DNA of 64,000 nucleotides from an uncultured cyanobacterium (lineage in GTDB: Bacteria > Cyanobacteriota > Cyanobacteriia > Leptolyngbyales > Leptolyngbyaceae): assembly GCA_963766075.1 (NCBI GenBank), contig CAVYAN010000072.1:96001-160000 (forward strand), read 5' to 3'. Shown one piece after another: positions 44,425-54,347 of this stretch. The notes under the pieces were generated by a model. The model worked only from the letters and a program-made list of their open reading frames with translations. It ran no database searches and was not told the origin of the DNA. Position 1 is the first letter of the stretch, and each line of letters starts with the position of its first letter. The position numbers were made by a program, and so were the translations under genes.

Positions 44425-45767
44425 ATGCGCATTGTGGCCTACCTCTACAGTGATCCTTTGTTGGAAGCCACCCCGGATCCAGCCATTTGGGGGTGGGAAC
44501 TGGATCAGATTTATCAGGACCTAGCCAAGACTAAATCTGGGGCGATCGCCCCCAATGGGACGTGCTGATCCAGGACTGTCAATCCCAGCCCATCGATTAC
44601 TTACTGGTGCGGCGGTTGGAGGAATTGGGCGATCGCGTGGATGCGGTGGGCGATCGGCTGGCCCAACTGGAAACCCACCACATTCGCCTGATTTTAGTCG
44701 AGCAGCCCACTCCCCTTGATCCGGTTCAACCCAGTCCCCTAACGGCCCTCCACCCGGACACCCCCCAGGCCGACCTAATCAAGCTGCTGCAACACCTGCA
44801 AGCAGAGCAGCAAAGCCGAAAAATTCGTCAGGGGCATGCGCGCAATCGCATCCAAGCCCTGCCGCCCCCCGGCAAAGCCCCCTACGGTTACAAGCGTGGC
44901 AAAGAAAAATACAATTTGGACCGGACCACGGCTCCTGTAGTCAAAGACTTTTTCGAGCAGTTCTTGCTCTATGGTTCCGTGCGCGGTGCGGTGCGGTACT
45001 TGGCCCAAAAATACAGCAAGAAGATTTCCGTATCCACGGGGCACCGCTGGCTGACAAACCCCGTCTATCGCGGCGATTTAACCTACCAAACCGGCGATAC
45101 CATCCGGGACACCCATGCCGCCATCATTTCGCGAGATGAAGCAGCCCAGGTCGATCGCCTCCTGCGTCGCAATCGGCGTCTCCCCCCGCGCAGTGCCAGT
45201 GCCCCCCGTTCCCTCGCGGGTCTGGTGGTGTGCAGTACCTGCCAATCGCCTCAAACCGTGGCTCGGATCGCCGGACCAACTAAAGAGAAGGAATATCTCT
45301 ACCTCCGCCCCACCGCCTGTCCTCAAACGCCCAAGTGCAAGTCCATCCCCTATGACGCTGTCCTGCAAGGCACGATTGCCCGCATTTGCCAAGACTTGCC
45401 CCCTGCCGTTGCCACCCTGACAATGCCGGACATGCAGGGGATGAAACAGGGAATGGATGGGGCGATCGCCGCCAAGCAGGGCATTCTAGACCAGTTACCC
45501 GAGTTGATCACAACTGGCATCCTCGACCCGGAAACCGCCAAGCTGCGGGCGTATAAGCTCAGGACCGAGATCGCTATCCTCCAGGGCCAACTGGCCCAAC
45601 TGCCCCCTGTTAACCTGCAATCCGTTGCCCAGGCTGTCTCCATTCCTCAATTTTGGTTTGGCTTGTCAGAAGCGGAGCGCCGCTTCTATTTCCGAGAATT
45701 CCTCCGTCACATCGAACTCCATCGCCAGGGCCAAGACTGGCACCTCCAACTCGCCTTTATTTTCTAA
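44425..45767 (+). CDS. Large serine-recombinase-like protein with degenerate catalytic domain, frameshift near 44545
   Basis: MRIVAYLYS.. then RPQW..LLVRRLEELG; recombinase domain PYGY..LTNPVYRG..H.AII; zinc ribbon LAGLVVCSTC..C. Confidence 0.8.
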
Positions 45768-45846
45768 GCCCAGCTTTCTAGGCCCAGCTTTCTAGGCCAG
45801 TATTCCAAGTCCAACTTTACTCCGTTCAACGTTTTGTCGCTGTCCC

Positions 45847-47269
45847 ATGATTCGTCCCCTTGACCACGCCCAGCCGCCGCTAGAGTTTATTCCACCCCAT
45901 CTGGATCGCAACGTTGTCCGATTTTTGCATGGGGTATTGCCCTTAGTGATGCGATCGCGCACCTCCCTTCACACCATTCGCGCCGAAAATGTCGAAGTTT
46001 TGGTCGATCTCTATGAAAAATTCCAAGCCAGAAAAATCCGGTTTCTGATGGCTTTTCGTCATCCCAGTGTGGATGATCCCTTGTGTTTAGCCCATCTCAT
46101 GTCCCGCTCTGTGCCCCGCACTGCGAAGCGACAGGGGATTCGGCTTCGCGGGCCCCTGCATGCCCACTTCATCTACGATCGCGGCATTCCCCTGTGGGCC
46201 GGTTCCTCCGTCGGCTGGTTAGCCTCTCGTCTGGGGGCAACGCCAATTCAGCGGGGCAAGGTCGATCGGACGGGCCTCAAGTCCGCCCGCAATTTGTTTG
46301 CTAACGGGCCCCTACCCATGGCCGCTTCTCCGGAAGGAGCGACCAATGGCCACAGCGAAATCGTCAGTCCCCTAGAACCGGGCATCAGTCAAATGGGCTT
46401 CTGGTGCGTGGAAGACTTGCTGAAGGCAGGCCGGACCGAAGAAGTCTTCATCGTCCCCATCGGCATTCGCTACCGCTATGTCTCGCCCCCTTGGGCAGCC
46501 ATCGACCAATTACTCGCTGACATTGCTAACGATGTGGGTCTAGTTCCCCAAGCGGACGCGGGGGAAAGCCGAGACGCGGCCCGCTATCGGCAATTACTGC
46601 AAATTGGGGAACAATTGCTGACTAAAATGGAGCAGTTTTATACGCGGTTCTACCATCAGGCGTTGCCCGCGATCGCCGCCACGGACCTCGCAACCATGAG
46701 CCCCAACGATGTCCTAGCCGCCCGGATGCAAGCCCTGCTCAACGTAGTCCCTCCATGTGGCGGAACAGTACTTCAACCTCCAGCCCAAAGGTTCCTTGAT
46801 CGATCGCTGCCGTCGCATCGAACAAGCCGCATGGGATTGTATTTTCCGCGAAGACATTAAAGATCTTGAACGCCTATCGCCACTGGATCGCGGGTTAGCC
46901 GATCGCGTCGCCGAAGAAGCCAGTCTGCGGCTCTGGCACATGCGCCTCGTGGAAAATTTTGTCGCTGTCACGGGCAAGTACATCCTGGAATGCCCCAGCG
47001 TGGAGCGGTTTGCCGAAACCACCCTGATTACCTGGAATACCGTAGCCCGGATCACGGGCAAGGCGGGCGATCGCCCCAAGCTCGGCCAACAATCTGCCCA
47101 GATCACCATCGGCACGCCCCTATCCGTTTCTGCCCGTTGGGACAGCTACCAGGCCAACCGTCGCAGTGCTAAACAGGCCGTGGAAACCCTCACGCAGGAT
47201 CTTCAGACCGCTTTACAGGCGATGGTGGTATCCTCTTCTCCGCCAAACCAAAACGGAGTGATACCCTAG
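45847..47269 (+). CDS. Glycerol-3-phosphate acyltransferase family protein, frameshift near 46750
   Basis: FRHPSVDD (HX4D) and SPEG motifs; continues in ORF 46757-47269. Confidence 0.82.
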
Positions 47270-47290
47270 GTAAGTTATCCTTGGCAAAAT

Positions 47291-48688
47291 TTGACTGTGA
47301 CTCAAGACCCGCGATATCTCGCACTAATGGCACTGCGGACGGTTTATCGCGGCGCATTTGCCGACGTAGCCCTCAATAAAGTCCTGAATTCAGTCGAGAT
47401 TCCGCCCCCCGATCGCCGCCTGCTGACTGAATTGGTCTACGGCATCAGCCGCCGCCAGCGCACCCTGGATGCGTTAGTGCAGCAATTGTCTACGCGCAAG
47501 GGACAGCGCCAACCCCTGGATCTCCGGATTGTGCTGCATATGGGGTTGTATCAACTGCGCTACCTGAATCACATTCCTCCCTCGGCGGCGGTCAACACGA
47601 CGGTGGACTTGGCCAAACGGGTCGGCCTGGGGGGATTGGCGGGCTTGGTCAATGGCATTCTGCGACAATATATTCGCCTGACGGAGGTGCCGCAGTCTGA
47701 GGATGAAAATTTAGACCCTGAGGCTGAGGATCTCGGGTGTGGGGTTGATCCACTGGTGCTGCCTGCCGATCCAGTCCATTGCTTAGGGGTGTTGTATAGC
47801 TATCCGGATTGGATCATTCAGGTGTGGTTGCGGCAGACGAAGTTGGCGCAGGTGGAACGCCTGTGTGCCTGGATGAACCTGCCGCCCCACATCGATTTGC
47901 GAATTAATCCCTTACGGACGGATTTAAAGACGGTGGAGGCCGCGATGCAAGCGGCAGGCATTGCCGTGAGTCGGGTGCCGCATTTGCCTTGGGCCTTGCG
48001 GTTGGATGAGCCGGGGGGCGCGGTGCAGCAATTGCCGGGATATGCCGAGGGCTGGTGGATGGTGCAGGATGCCAGCGCCCAACTGGTGGGCTATTTGGTC
48101 GATCCGCAGCCGGGGGAACGGGTGGTGGATGCCTGTGCCGCGCCGGGGGGCAAGACGGTGCATTTGGCTGAGTTGATGGGCGATCGCGGTGTGATTGAAG
48201 CCTGCGATCGCACCTCCTCCCGCTTGCATAAATTGCACCAAAATGCCAAACGGCTGGGGATTCAGTCCATTCAAGCTTGCCTGGGGGATAGTCGGGCGAT
48301 GCCGCAGTTTGTCGGGCAGTGCGATCGGGTGCTTATAGATGCCCCCTGTTCTGGATTGGGCACCCTCCACCGCCATGCCGATGCCCGGTGGCGACAGACC
48401 CCCGCTACTGTGACAGAGTTGGCCCAATTGCAGCGAGAACTCCTAGAATCTGTCGCGACCTGGGTCAAGCCAAAGGGCGTTTTGGTCTATTCCACCTGTA
48501 CGCTTCATCCCACGGAAAATGAAGAGTTGATTCGCTATTTTCTAGCGCAGCACCCCAGTTGGCAGATTGAACCACCCGCACCTGATTCCCCGCCAGCCCA
48601 TTTTGCTACGCCCGAAGGTTGGGTCAAAGTTTGGTCCCATCAGCACAATATGGATGGTTTTTTTATGGTTCGCTTAAGACACCGGTGA
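47291..48688 (+). CDS. rsmB: 16S rRNA m5C967 methyltransferase
   Basis: NusB-like N-terminus; DACAAPGGKT, DAPCSG, YSTCT and DGFF motifs. Confidence 0.93.
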   Translation: MTVTQDPRYLALMALRTVYRGAFADVALNKVLNSVEIPPPDRRLLTELVYGISRRQRTLDALVQQLSTRKGQRQPLDLRIVLHMGLYQLRYLNHIPPSAAVNTTVDLAKRVGLGGLAGLVNGILRQYIRLTEVPQSEDENLDPEAEDLGCGVDPLVLPADPVHCLGVLYSYPDWIIQVWLRQTKLAQVERLCAWMNLPPHIDLRINPLRTDLKTVEAAMQAAGIAVSRVPHLPWALRLDEPGGAVQQLPGYAEGWWMVQDASAQLVGYLVDPQPGERVVDACAAPGGKTVHLAELMGDRGVIEACDRTSSRLHKLHQNAKRLGIQSIQACLGDSRAMPQFVGQCDRVLIDAPCSGLGTLHRHADARWRQTPATVTELAQLQRELLESVATWVKPKGVLVYSTCTLHPTENEELIRYFLAQHPSWQIEPPAPDSPPAHFATPEGWVKVWSHQHNMDGFFMVRLRHR

Positions 48689-48837
48689 AACGGTTGGGTG
48701 TAGGGTTGACCCAGACCTTTTATCCAGACCTGATATTCTCAAGCGCCAGGTTTTACTGGTGGATATTGTCTAGAAAATCTTCTTAAGAAAATAAATTCAG
48801 CAAAAGACTACATTGAACGCCTGGAGGGGCAATTCGT

Positions 48838-49278
48838 ATGGCTATAACGACGACGGAAGGCAATGTTGAAGGCAATGTCAAAACCCTGGTGAAGATTTTG
48901 ATTGGGGCAGCTTGGATCGATGGGGTGATTCAGCCCCAGGAGCGGGAGTATTTGCATCGGGTGGCGAAGGAAAAGGGCGTGGCTGAGGATCCAGAGATTC
49001 AGCCGCTGCTGTATGAGTTACGGGCTGTGAAACCTGAGGAGTGCTACGACTGGGTGCACCAGTATTTGGGTAGCCATCCCAGTCAGCAGGACTTTCAGGA
49101 TCTGATGGAAGCGATTAGCGGATTAATCTATAGCGATGGCACGGTGGCCAATGAGGAGGCGCGTTTATTGACGGGTCTGATGCATTTGGAGGCCGAGGAA
49201 GGCCGAGGTGGGGTGGGTACTCCGATTCTGAGGTCCATTCGCAGCCTCTATCAACGCTGGCTGGCGAAGTTGGGCTGA
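48838..49278 (+). CDS. TerB family protein
   Basis: AAWIDGVIQPQE and LIYSDGTVANEE motifs. Confidence 0.8.
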   Translation: MAITTTEGNVEGNVKTLVKILIGAAWIDGVIQPQEREYLHRVAKEKGVAEDPEIQPLLYELRAVKPEECYDWVHQYLGSHPSQQDFQDLMEAISGLIYSDGTVANEEARLLTGLMHLEAEEGRGGVGTPILRSIRSLYQRWLAKLG

Positions 49279-49438
49279 AGTTGAACTGAAGTTAAACGGA
49301 ACTGAAGTTGAACGAGGGGCGATCAGGGACATGCTTAATCCTTCTTATCCCCCTGAAAATGGTCTGATAGGTGTGATTGGAATCATCTTCCGGATAAACT
49401 AAGTGCCATCTATATAAGTCGGTATTGAGGTTAGGTCG

Positions 49439-50031
49439 ATGAAAGGGTTGATTGGTTACGCGATCGCACTATTTGGGATCAGTTTGGGTCTGCCTGCCCA
49501 GGCGCAATTCTACGCCGCAGACCCATCAACCCCGGTTTTGTCTGCGTTGAATCGAGGCGCTTCCCCATTTGGCCAGCCCAGCGTAGTGCCCAGCGCAATG
49601 CCCAATGGCGTGCAGCCCTGCGCCCAGTCCCGCGCCTAGCCCTGCACCCAACGGGATGCCCGATGGCGTGCCCAGCGAGGTCAATAAAGAGGGCGCTGAC
49701 GTCAGCGGCCTCTGAAAAGGGGGATGAAGGAGGAATTGAAGCCAATGCGGTCCCCAATCCTGTAATTGTGATTGGGCGATCGCCGCAGCATCCCTTTGCG
49801 GTGATTGTGCTGTCTGACCAGTGGAATACGCTCCAGATTGTACGGCAGTCTGTGGCGGCAGCATTTTTGACGGATTCTCGGTTAGGGGCGTATGTATTTG
49901 CCGAGAGCTTTTCCCATCGTCGCAGTGCCGAAGCATTGTCCCGCGCGTTGAGATCGCAGCGGTTAGACGCACGGGTGATCTACTTCCCCCAGCGGGTGGC
50001 GCTCCCGAATACGCTGTGGGGAAATGAGTGA
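49439..50031 (+). CDS. Hypothetical secreted protein, probable frameshift near 49620
   Basis: Signal peptide (AQA) in ORF 49439. A Pro-rich linker leads to ORF 49663-50031 (SRLGAYV..RRSAEALSRALRS..DARVIY). Confidence 0.6.
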
Positions 50032-50172
50032 ATTCCAAAATCGGGGCGATGAATTTTTAGAACATCCCAGGGTAGTGATATTGTCGTTTTTAAAGGGGTA
50101 TCGTTTTCAGAAAAGTTGTTTTTAGAAGAAAACAGTTAAGACTAGGGTGAACGTCTGGAGCAAGCTTAAAAA

Positions 50173-51039
50173 GTGGCAATGAAGACGGTTCGGGTATACC
50201 TCATGACGACAGCTATTAGCGTGTTGCTCATAGCCACGGCGGGATTGGCTGAAGTGGTGCAGGTGCGGATTGATCGCTGGTTAACCGTGCAGCAGGTGGT
50301 CGGTAGGGTCTTCTATCTCGGGAATGTGCTCTATCAAGGTGAGTCAGGAACGCAGCCGGCCCATGTGGGCATGCGCCTCACCACTGTCGGGGAAGGTATC
50401 CAGACGGGCGATCGCGCTAAGGCAGTTTTGGCCTTGGATACGGGTGTCGGTACGGTGCATGTTGCTGAAAAGACAGATGTGCGCATTCAGCAATTACAAA
50501 TGACCCCGAATGGTGCGCGCATCACGCGCCTGCGGGTGAATCAGGGGCAGATCCGCTTGAAAATCCGGCGATTCACCAATCCAGATTCCCGCCTGGAAAT
50601 TCAAACTCCGGCGGGCGTGAGTGGTGTCCGGGGCACAGAGTTTGGCGTCAGTGTGCAGCCCAGCGGGCGCATGGGGGTGGCAACTTTGGTGGGCCGGGTG
50701 GTGGCAGCCGCACAGGGGCAAGAAGTGGTGGTTGAAGCTGGGTTTCAGAGTTTAGTGATTCCCGGCGAACCGCCGCAACCCCCGACGCGTTTGACCGAAA
50801 ACCTCCGCCTCGATTTGCGTTATCTGGTACCGTTGCGGGCTAGAAAGGGCGATCGCCAAGTGCGGATCGCCGGTCAGATTGACCCCGTTAATCTGCTGGT
50901 CATTGCGGGTGTGGTGCAAAACACCGATCGCATGGGCAACTTTGATGTCACGGTTCCTCTACCCAACAATCGGCAGGTGACTGCGGTTGTGACCACTCCC
51001 TTAGGGAAGGAACAAGTGTATGAATTGGCCGTTCCTTAA
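50173..51039 (+). CDS. FecR-domain protein
   Basis: Signal/TM; IQTGDRAKA..., LEIQTPAGVSGVRGTEF and G.V motifs. Confidence 0.85.
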   Translation: MAMKTVRVYLMTTAISVLLIATAGLAEVVQVRIDRWLTVQQVVGRVFYLGNVLYQGESGTQPAHVGMRLTTVGEGIQTGDRAKAVLALDTGVGTVHVAEKTDVRIQQLQMTPNGARITRLRVNQGQIRLKIRRFTNPDSRLEIQTPAGVSGVRGTEFGVSVQPSGRMGVATLVGRVVAAAQGQEVVVEAGFQSLVIPGEPPQPPTRLTENLRLDLRYLVPLRARKGDRQVRIAGQIDPVNLLVIAGVVQNTDRMGNFDVTVPLPNNRQVTAVVTTPLGKEQVYELAVP

Positions 51040-52687
51040 TCTTGCTCAACTCTCAGCGCAACTTTCAACATCCCGTGGTGGTGGGTGGCGTTTTCGGGCA
51101 GCGCTGTCCCGGATGTTTCCGGGGGCTGTTTCGGCGCTACTGGTGGTTGGGCTGCTGAATTTGGGAGTTTGGCAGCCGCTAGAATATTTAATCTATGGCG
51201 CACTATTTCAAGCTAGAGGGGAAATTCCCTGGGATCAGCGTGTGGTGGTGGTGGATATCGACGAAGCTAGCCTGAGTGTGCTGGGTAGCTTTCCCATCCC
51301 CCGCCGACATTACACCACCCTCCTACAAACTTTGATCCAAGCTAAGCCCAATGTGGTGGTGTTTGATTTGGTCTTTTCGGAGTCCAGTCCTGACGATCTC
51401 CCCTTAGCCTTGGCGATGGAGCAGCATGGCCAAGTGGTGCTGGCACGGGCCTGGGATGGGCAAGGGGCCGCCTGGGTACCGACGCCCAAGCTTAAGGCCG
51501 CCGCCATCGCCACGGGGCACATTCTCAAACTAGAGGATGCGGATGGCCTGAGCCGGACAATCTTGCCGGAGGTGCAGGGGATTCCAGCCCTCGCCATTAG
51601 TGCCGCGACTGCATACGCCATGAGTTGGGATGCGCCAGTTCCCAACCCTGAGGCATCCCGACTCTGGCTCAATTGGTTTGGCCCCATGACGCAAATTCCG
51701 CACTATTCCATGGTGGATGTGATCCAGCAGCGTGTGCCTCTCCGTGCCTTCCAAAACAAGATTATTGTGATCGGTGTAACTGCGAGTGGGCTAGACGCTC
51801 AGCCGACTCCCTTTGATCGGCAGCCGCCCGCCAGTGGGGTTCATATCCACGCCACGGCCATTAGCAATCTGCTGCAGGGGCGTCCTTTACACATTCCAGA
51901 CCCGAATTGGGTGCGGACGGCCCTGCTGCTGGGTGGCTTAGGCTTCAGTGCACTGATCGCCCACTGTCGGATTCGCTGGCATCTTGCTATTTGGCTGGGG
52001 GCCTGTTTGGGCTGGGGATTGGTAGCCCTGGGGGCGCTATGGTTGGGGTACTGGCTGCCCGTGGCGGCTCCGATCGCCCTATTCAGTGGCGTTGCTAGTT
52101 GTCATGCTTGGCGGCAGTGGCAGGTGCTGTTGCAGGCAAACGATAACTTGAAGCAATTGGTCGCCCGCGATAGTCTGACCCAGTTGGCCAGTCGGCGACG
52201 ATTTGATGAGTATCTTGCCCAGGAGTGGCATCGGCTGACCCTAACCCAAGCGCCGCTAGCCCTGATTCTCTGTGATGTTGATTTCTTTAAGTGCTACAAC
52301 GACACCTACGGGCATCAGATGGGCGATCGCTGTTTGCAGCAGGTGGCTATGGCGCTTTCCAGTGCAGTCAAGCGTCCAACCGACCTGGCAGCCCGCTATG
52401 GGGGAGAGGAGTTTGCCGTCATCCTGCCCAATACAGACATCGACGGGGCGGTGCAAGTTGCCGAGGCCATTCGTCTCCAGATCGGGGCCTTGGCCATTCC
52501 CCATGCCAGTTCAGAGATTAGTTCCCACGTCACGTTCAGTTTAGGCGTGGCCGGAATGATTCCCAATCCCCAATCCTCTTTGGCGGCATTGATTGCGGAT
52601 GCCGATCGCGCCCTTTATCAAGCTAAGTATCAAGGCCGCAATCGCACCTGTGTCAGTTCGGCACCCGTGCTTTTCGAGGGCAACTAA
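51020..52687 (+). CDS. CHASE2-GGDEF diguanylate cyclase
   Basis: VDIDEASL, VFDLVF, DADGLSR and GVHIHA (CHASE2); three TM helices; DVDFFKCYNDTYGH; RPTD I-site; RYGGEEF. Confidence 0.92.
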   Translation: MNWPFLNLAQLSAQLSTSRGGGWRFRAALSRMFPGAVSALLVVGLLNLGVWQPLEYLIYGALFQARGEIPWDQRVVVVDIDEASLSVLGSFPIPRRHYTTLLQTLIQAKPNVVVFDLVFSESSPDDLPLALAMEQHGQVVLARAWDGQGAAWVPTPKLKAAAIATGHILKLEDADGLSRTILPEVQGIPALAISAATAYAMSWDAPVPNPEASRLWLNWFGPMTQIPHYSMVDVIQQRVPLRAFQNKIIVIGVTASGLDAQPTPFDRQPPASGVHIHATAISNLLQGRPLHIPDPNWVRTALLLGGLGFSALIAHCRIRWHLAIWLGACLGWGLVALGALWLGYWLPVAAPIALFSGVASCHAWRQWQVLLQANDNLKQLVARDSLTQLASRRRFDEYLAQEWHRLTLTQAPLALILCDVDFFKCYNDTYGHQMGDRCLQQVAMALSSAVKRPTDLAARYGGEEFAVILPNTDIDGAVQVAEAIRLQIGALAIPHASSEISSHVTFSLGVAGMIPNPQSSLAALIADADRALYQAKYQGRNRTCVSSAPVLFEGN

Positions 52688-52704
52688 GGCAATTCACTTT
52701 AGCC

Positions 52705-52762
52705 AAGATTGTTCCCTTCGACTCCGCTCAGGGAACAATCTTCCGCTGGCTGAGCGGAGTTG
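52705..52762. repeat. REP-like hairpin, 13-bp perfect stem with 12-nt loop, plus an inverted half-copy
   Basis: aagattgttccct-tcgactccgctc-agggaacaatctt, then ctgagcggagttg. Confidence 0.85.
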
Positions 52763-53028
52763 TAGTTTACTTTCCGCAGGGTAGCCAGCAGAATTATTTC
52801 TTGGAAATCCTAGGGTATGAAGCTTTAGTGTAAAAAAGCATGAGGGGACATGGATCTTACGATGTATGGCTTTGGGAGTAATACTCCAGACTTTTCCGTC
52901 CACATCGGAGGATGAGTTCTGGTTTAGCATGATCACTGAGTCAGTGGTGGTTGCCCGGTGGGTTCGACGGTCGAGAAGACCGCGATGCGTAGCGCTTTCA
53001 AAATCCAAAATCCAAATCTCTTTTGTTT

Positions 53029-54279
53029 ATGTCAGCATCTCACCTAATTTCTCTACGATTGGCGAAACCTGACGAATTAGGGATTGTGGCCAATTTGGAG
53101 CGATTGGCCTTTGCCCCCCATCGATCGGATTATGAAATCGAAAAAGACTGGTTTGGTGGCCAGGTTCAGCTACCGGGGCAATCGCAGTTTCTCGCGGTAG
53201 ATGTTCAGGGACAGCCGGTTGGGTGCTACAGCCAGCTTGACCTGGGGATTTGGCTAGAGAAGCAGTTAATTCCGACCTTGGGACTGGGCGGCGTGGCCGT
53301 AGCCCCCCATCGGCGCGGCCAAGGCGTCGCGCGCCACATGCTTGAACATGCCCTGAAAACCGCCCTCCAACAAAACGTCCCCCTAGCCATGCTGTATCCC
53401 TTTCAGCAGGGGTTTTATCGGGCCTTGGGCTGGGCCTGGGTGGGTGAAACCCGGCAGTATCGGGTGGCTACCCGAGATTTACCGGAGTTTGCCGAGTCGC
53501 AACAGGTCGTGCCCTTTGATCCAGAGGCGCATCAGCTTGGGGTGCAGCAACTCTACGAGCAAGGGGCAATCCTTCAAAATGGCTGGCTCCAACGGCGCGA
53601 TTGGCAGTGGAAAAGTTTCTTCAAACCTACTGCAGGGCAGGAGATCTACTGTTATGTAGACGCTGGAAAGGTGCTGGGCTATGGCATGGGGCAATTTACC
53701 GAAATCAATGGGCAATGGGCGATCGCCATTCGGGAATGGGTGGCGTTAACCCCAGCGGCTTATCGGGGCATTTTAGGCTGCTGGGCAGGATGGCGGGACC
53801 AAATTTCCACGGTCATTTGGAACACTTATGCGACCGATCCATTTCCCCATTTACTGCGGGAGCAGCGGCGAACGCCCCATTTGCCTACGGAACCCTTTGG
53901 CTTTGGCTTGACCCAAAACTTTGGAGCGATCGGCAGTGGCTTTATGTGGCGCTTGGTGGATTTGCACCGTGCTCTAGAATTGCGTCCGATTCAGCCGGTT
54001 GTGGCCTTTGCCCTGACCTTTGTGGTGCAGGATGCGGTGCTGGGTAATCAAACCCTGTCCGTGGCCTTTGAGGAGGGCCGGATGCGGATCCTGGACCAGG
54101 CCACTGATACCGTGATCACCCTGTCTGTCGAGCAGTTGACCCTGGTGTGGAGTGGGGTGCGGCGGATGACGGAATTGGTGGCCATGGGATCGGTAGATGT
54201 GCTGGGCGATCGCACCCGACTGTCCCTGTTGGATGCCGCATGGCAGGCTAAGCCGCCCTTCTGCTGGGACTTTTTCTAG
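53029..54279 (+). CDS. Eis-like GNAT acetyltransferase with SCP2-like C-terminus
   Basis: GVAVAPHRRGQGVA, LYPF..FYRALGW, MWRLVD and the terminal PFCWDFF. Confidence 0.88.
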   Translation: MSASHLISLRLAKPDELGIVANLERLAFAPHRSDYEIEKDWFGGQVQLPGQSQFLAVDVQGQPVGCYSQLDLGIWLEKQLIPTLGLGGVAVAPHRRGQGVARHMLEHALKTALQQNVPLAMLYPFQQGFYRALGWAWVGETRQYRVATRDLPEFAESQQVVPFDPEAHQLGVQQLYEQGAILQNGWLQRRDWQWKSFFKPTAGQEIYCYVDAGKVLGYGMGQFTEINGQWAIAIREWVALTPAAYRGILGCWAGWRDQISTVIWNTYATDPFPHLLREQRRTPHLPTEPFGFGLTQNFGAIGSGFMWRLVDLHRALELRPIQPVVAFALTFVVQDAVLGNQTLSVAFEEGRMRILDQATDTVITLSVEQLTLVWSGVRRMTELVAMGSVDVLGDRTRLSLLDAAWQAKPPFCWDFF

Positions 54280-54347
54280 GGCGGATTCGTTCTACGGCTG
54301 CTTCGCCCCTGCCTTTGGCACACCGGGTTAGCCGATGGCCCCTGGAA

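Noticed and set aside
34173..45767. Integrative element bounded by two recombinases
   Set aside because: Both recombinase-like genes lack catalytic residues, the cargo is core suf genes, and no att repeats or tRNA target were seen.
45766..49312. Short intergenic tandem repeats (e.g. gcccagctttcta at ~45768, aactgaagtt at ~49283; similar ones near 8260, 20870, 25317, 55521)
   Set aside because: Ordinary slippage or STRR-type duplications near gene ends, common in filamentous cyanobacteria, with no shared motif.
52694..53072. Short ORFs between the diguanylate cyclase and the GNAT gene
   Set aside because: No recognisable motifs, and one overlaps the hairpin repeat; probably non-coding.
54277..54312. 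Degenerate GTAG-type REP (agggcgga...ttcgcccct)
   Set aside because: A single imperfect copy lacking the GTAG/CTAC tag.
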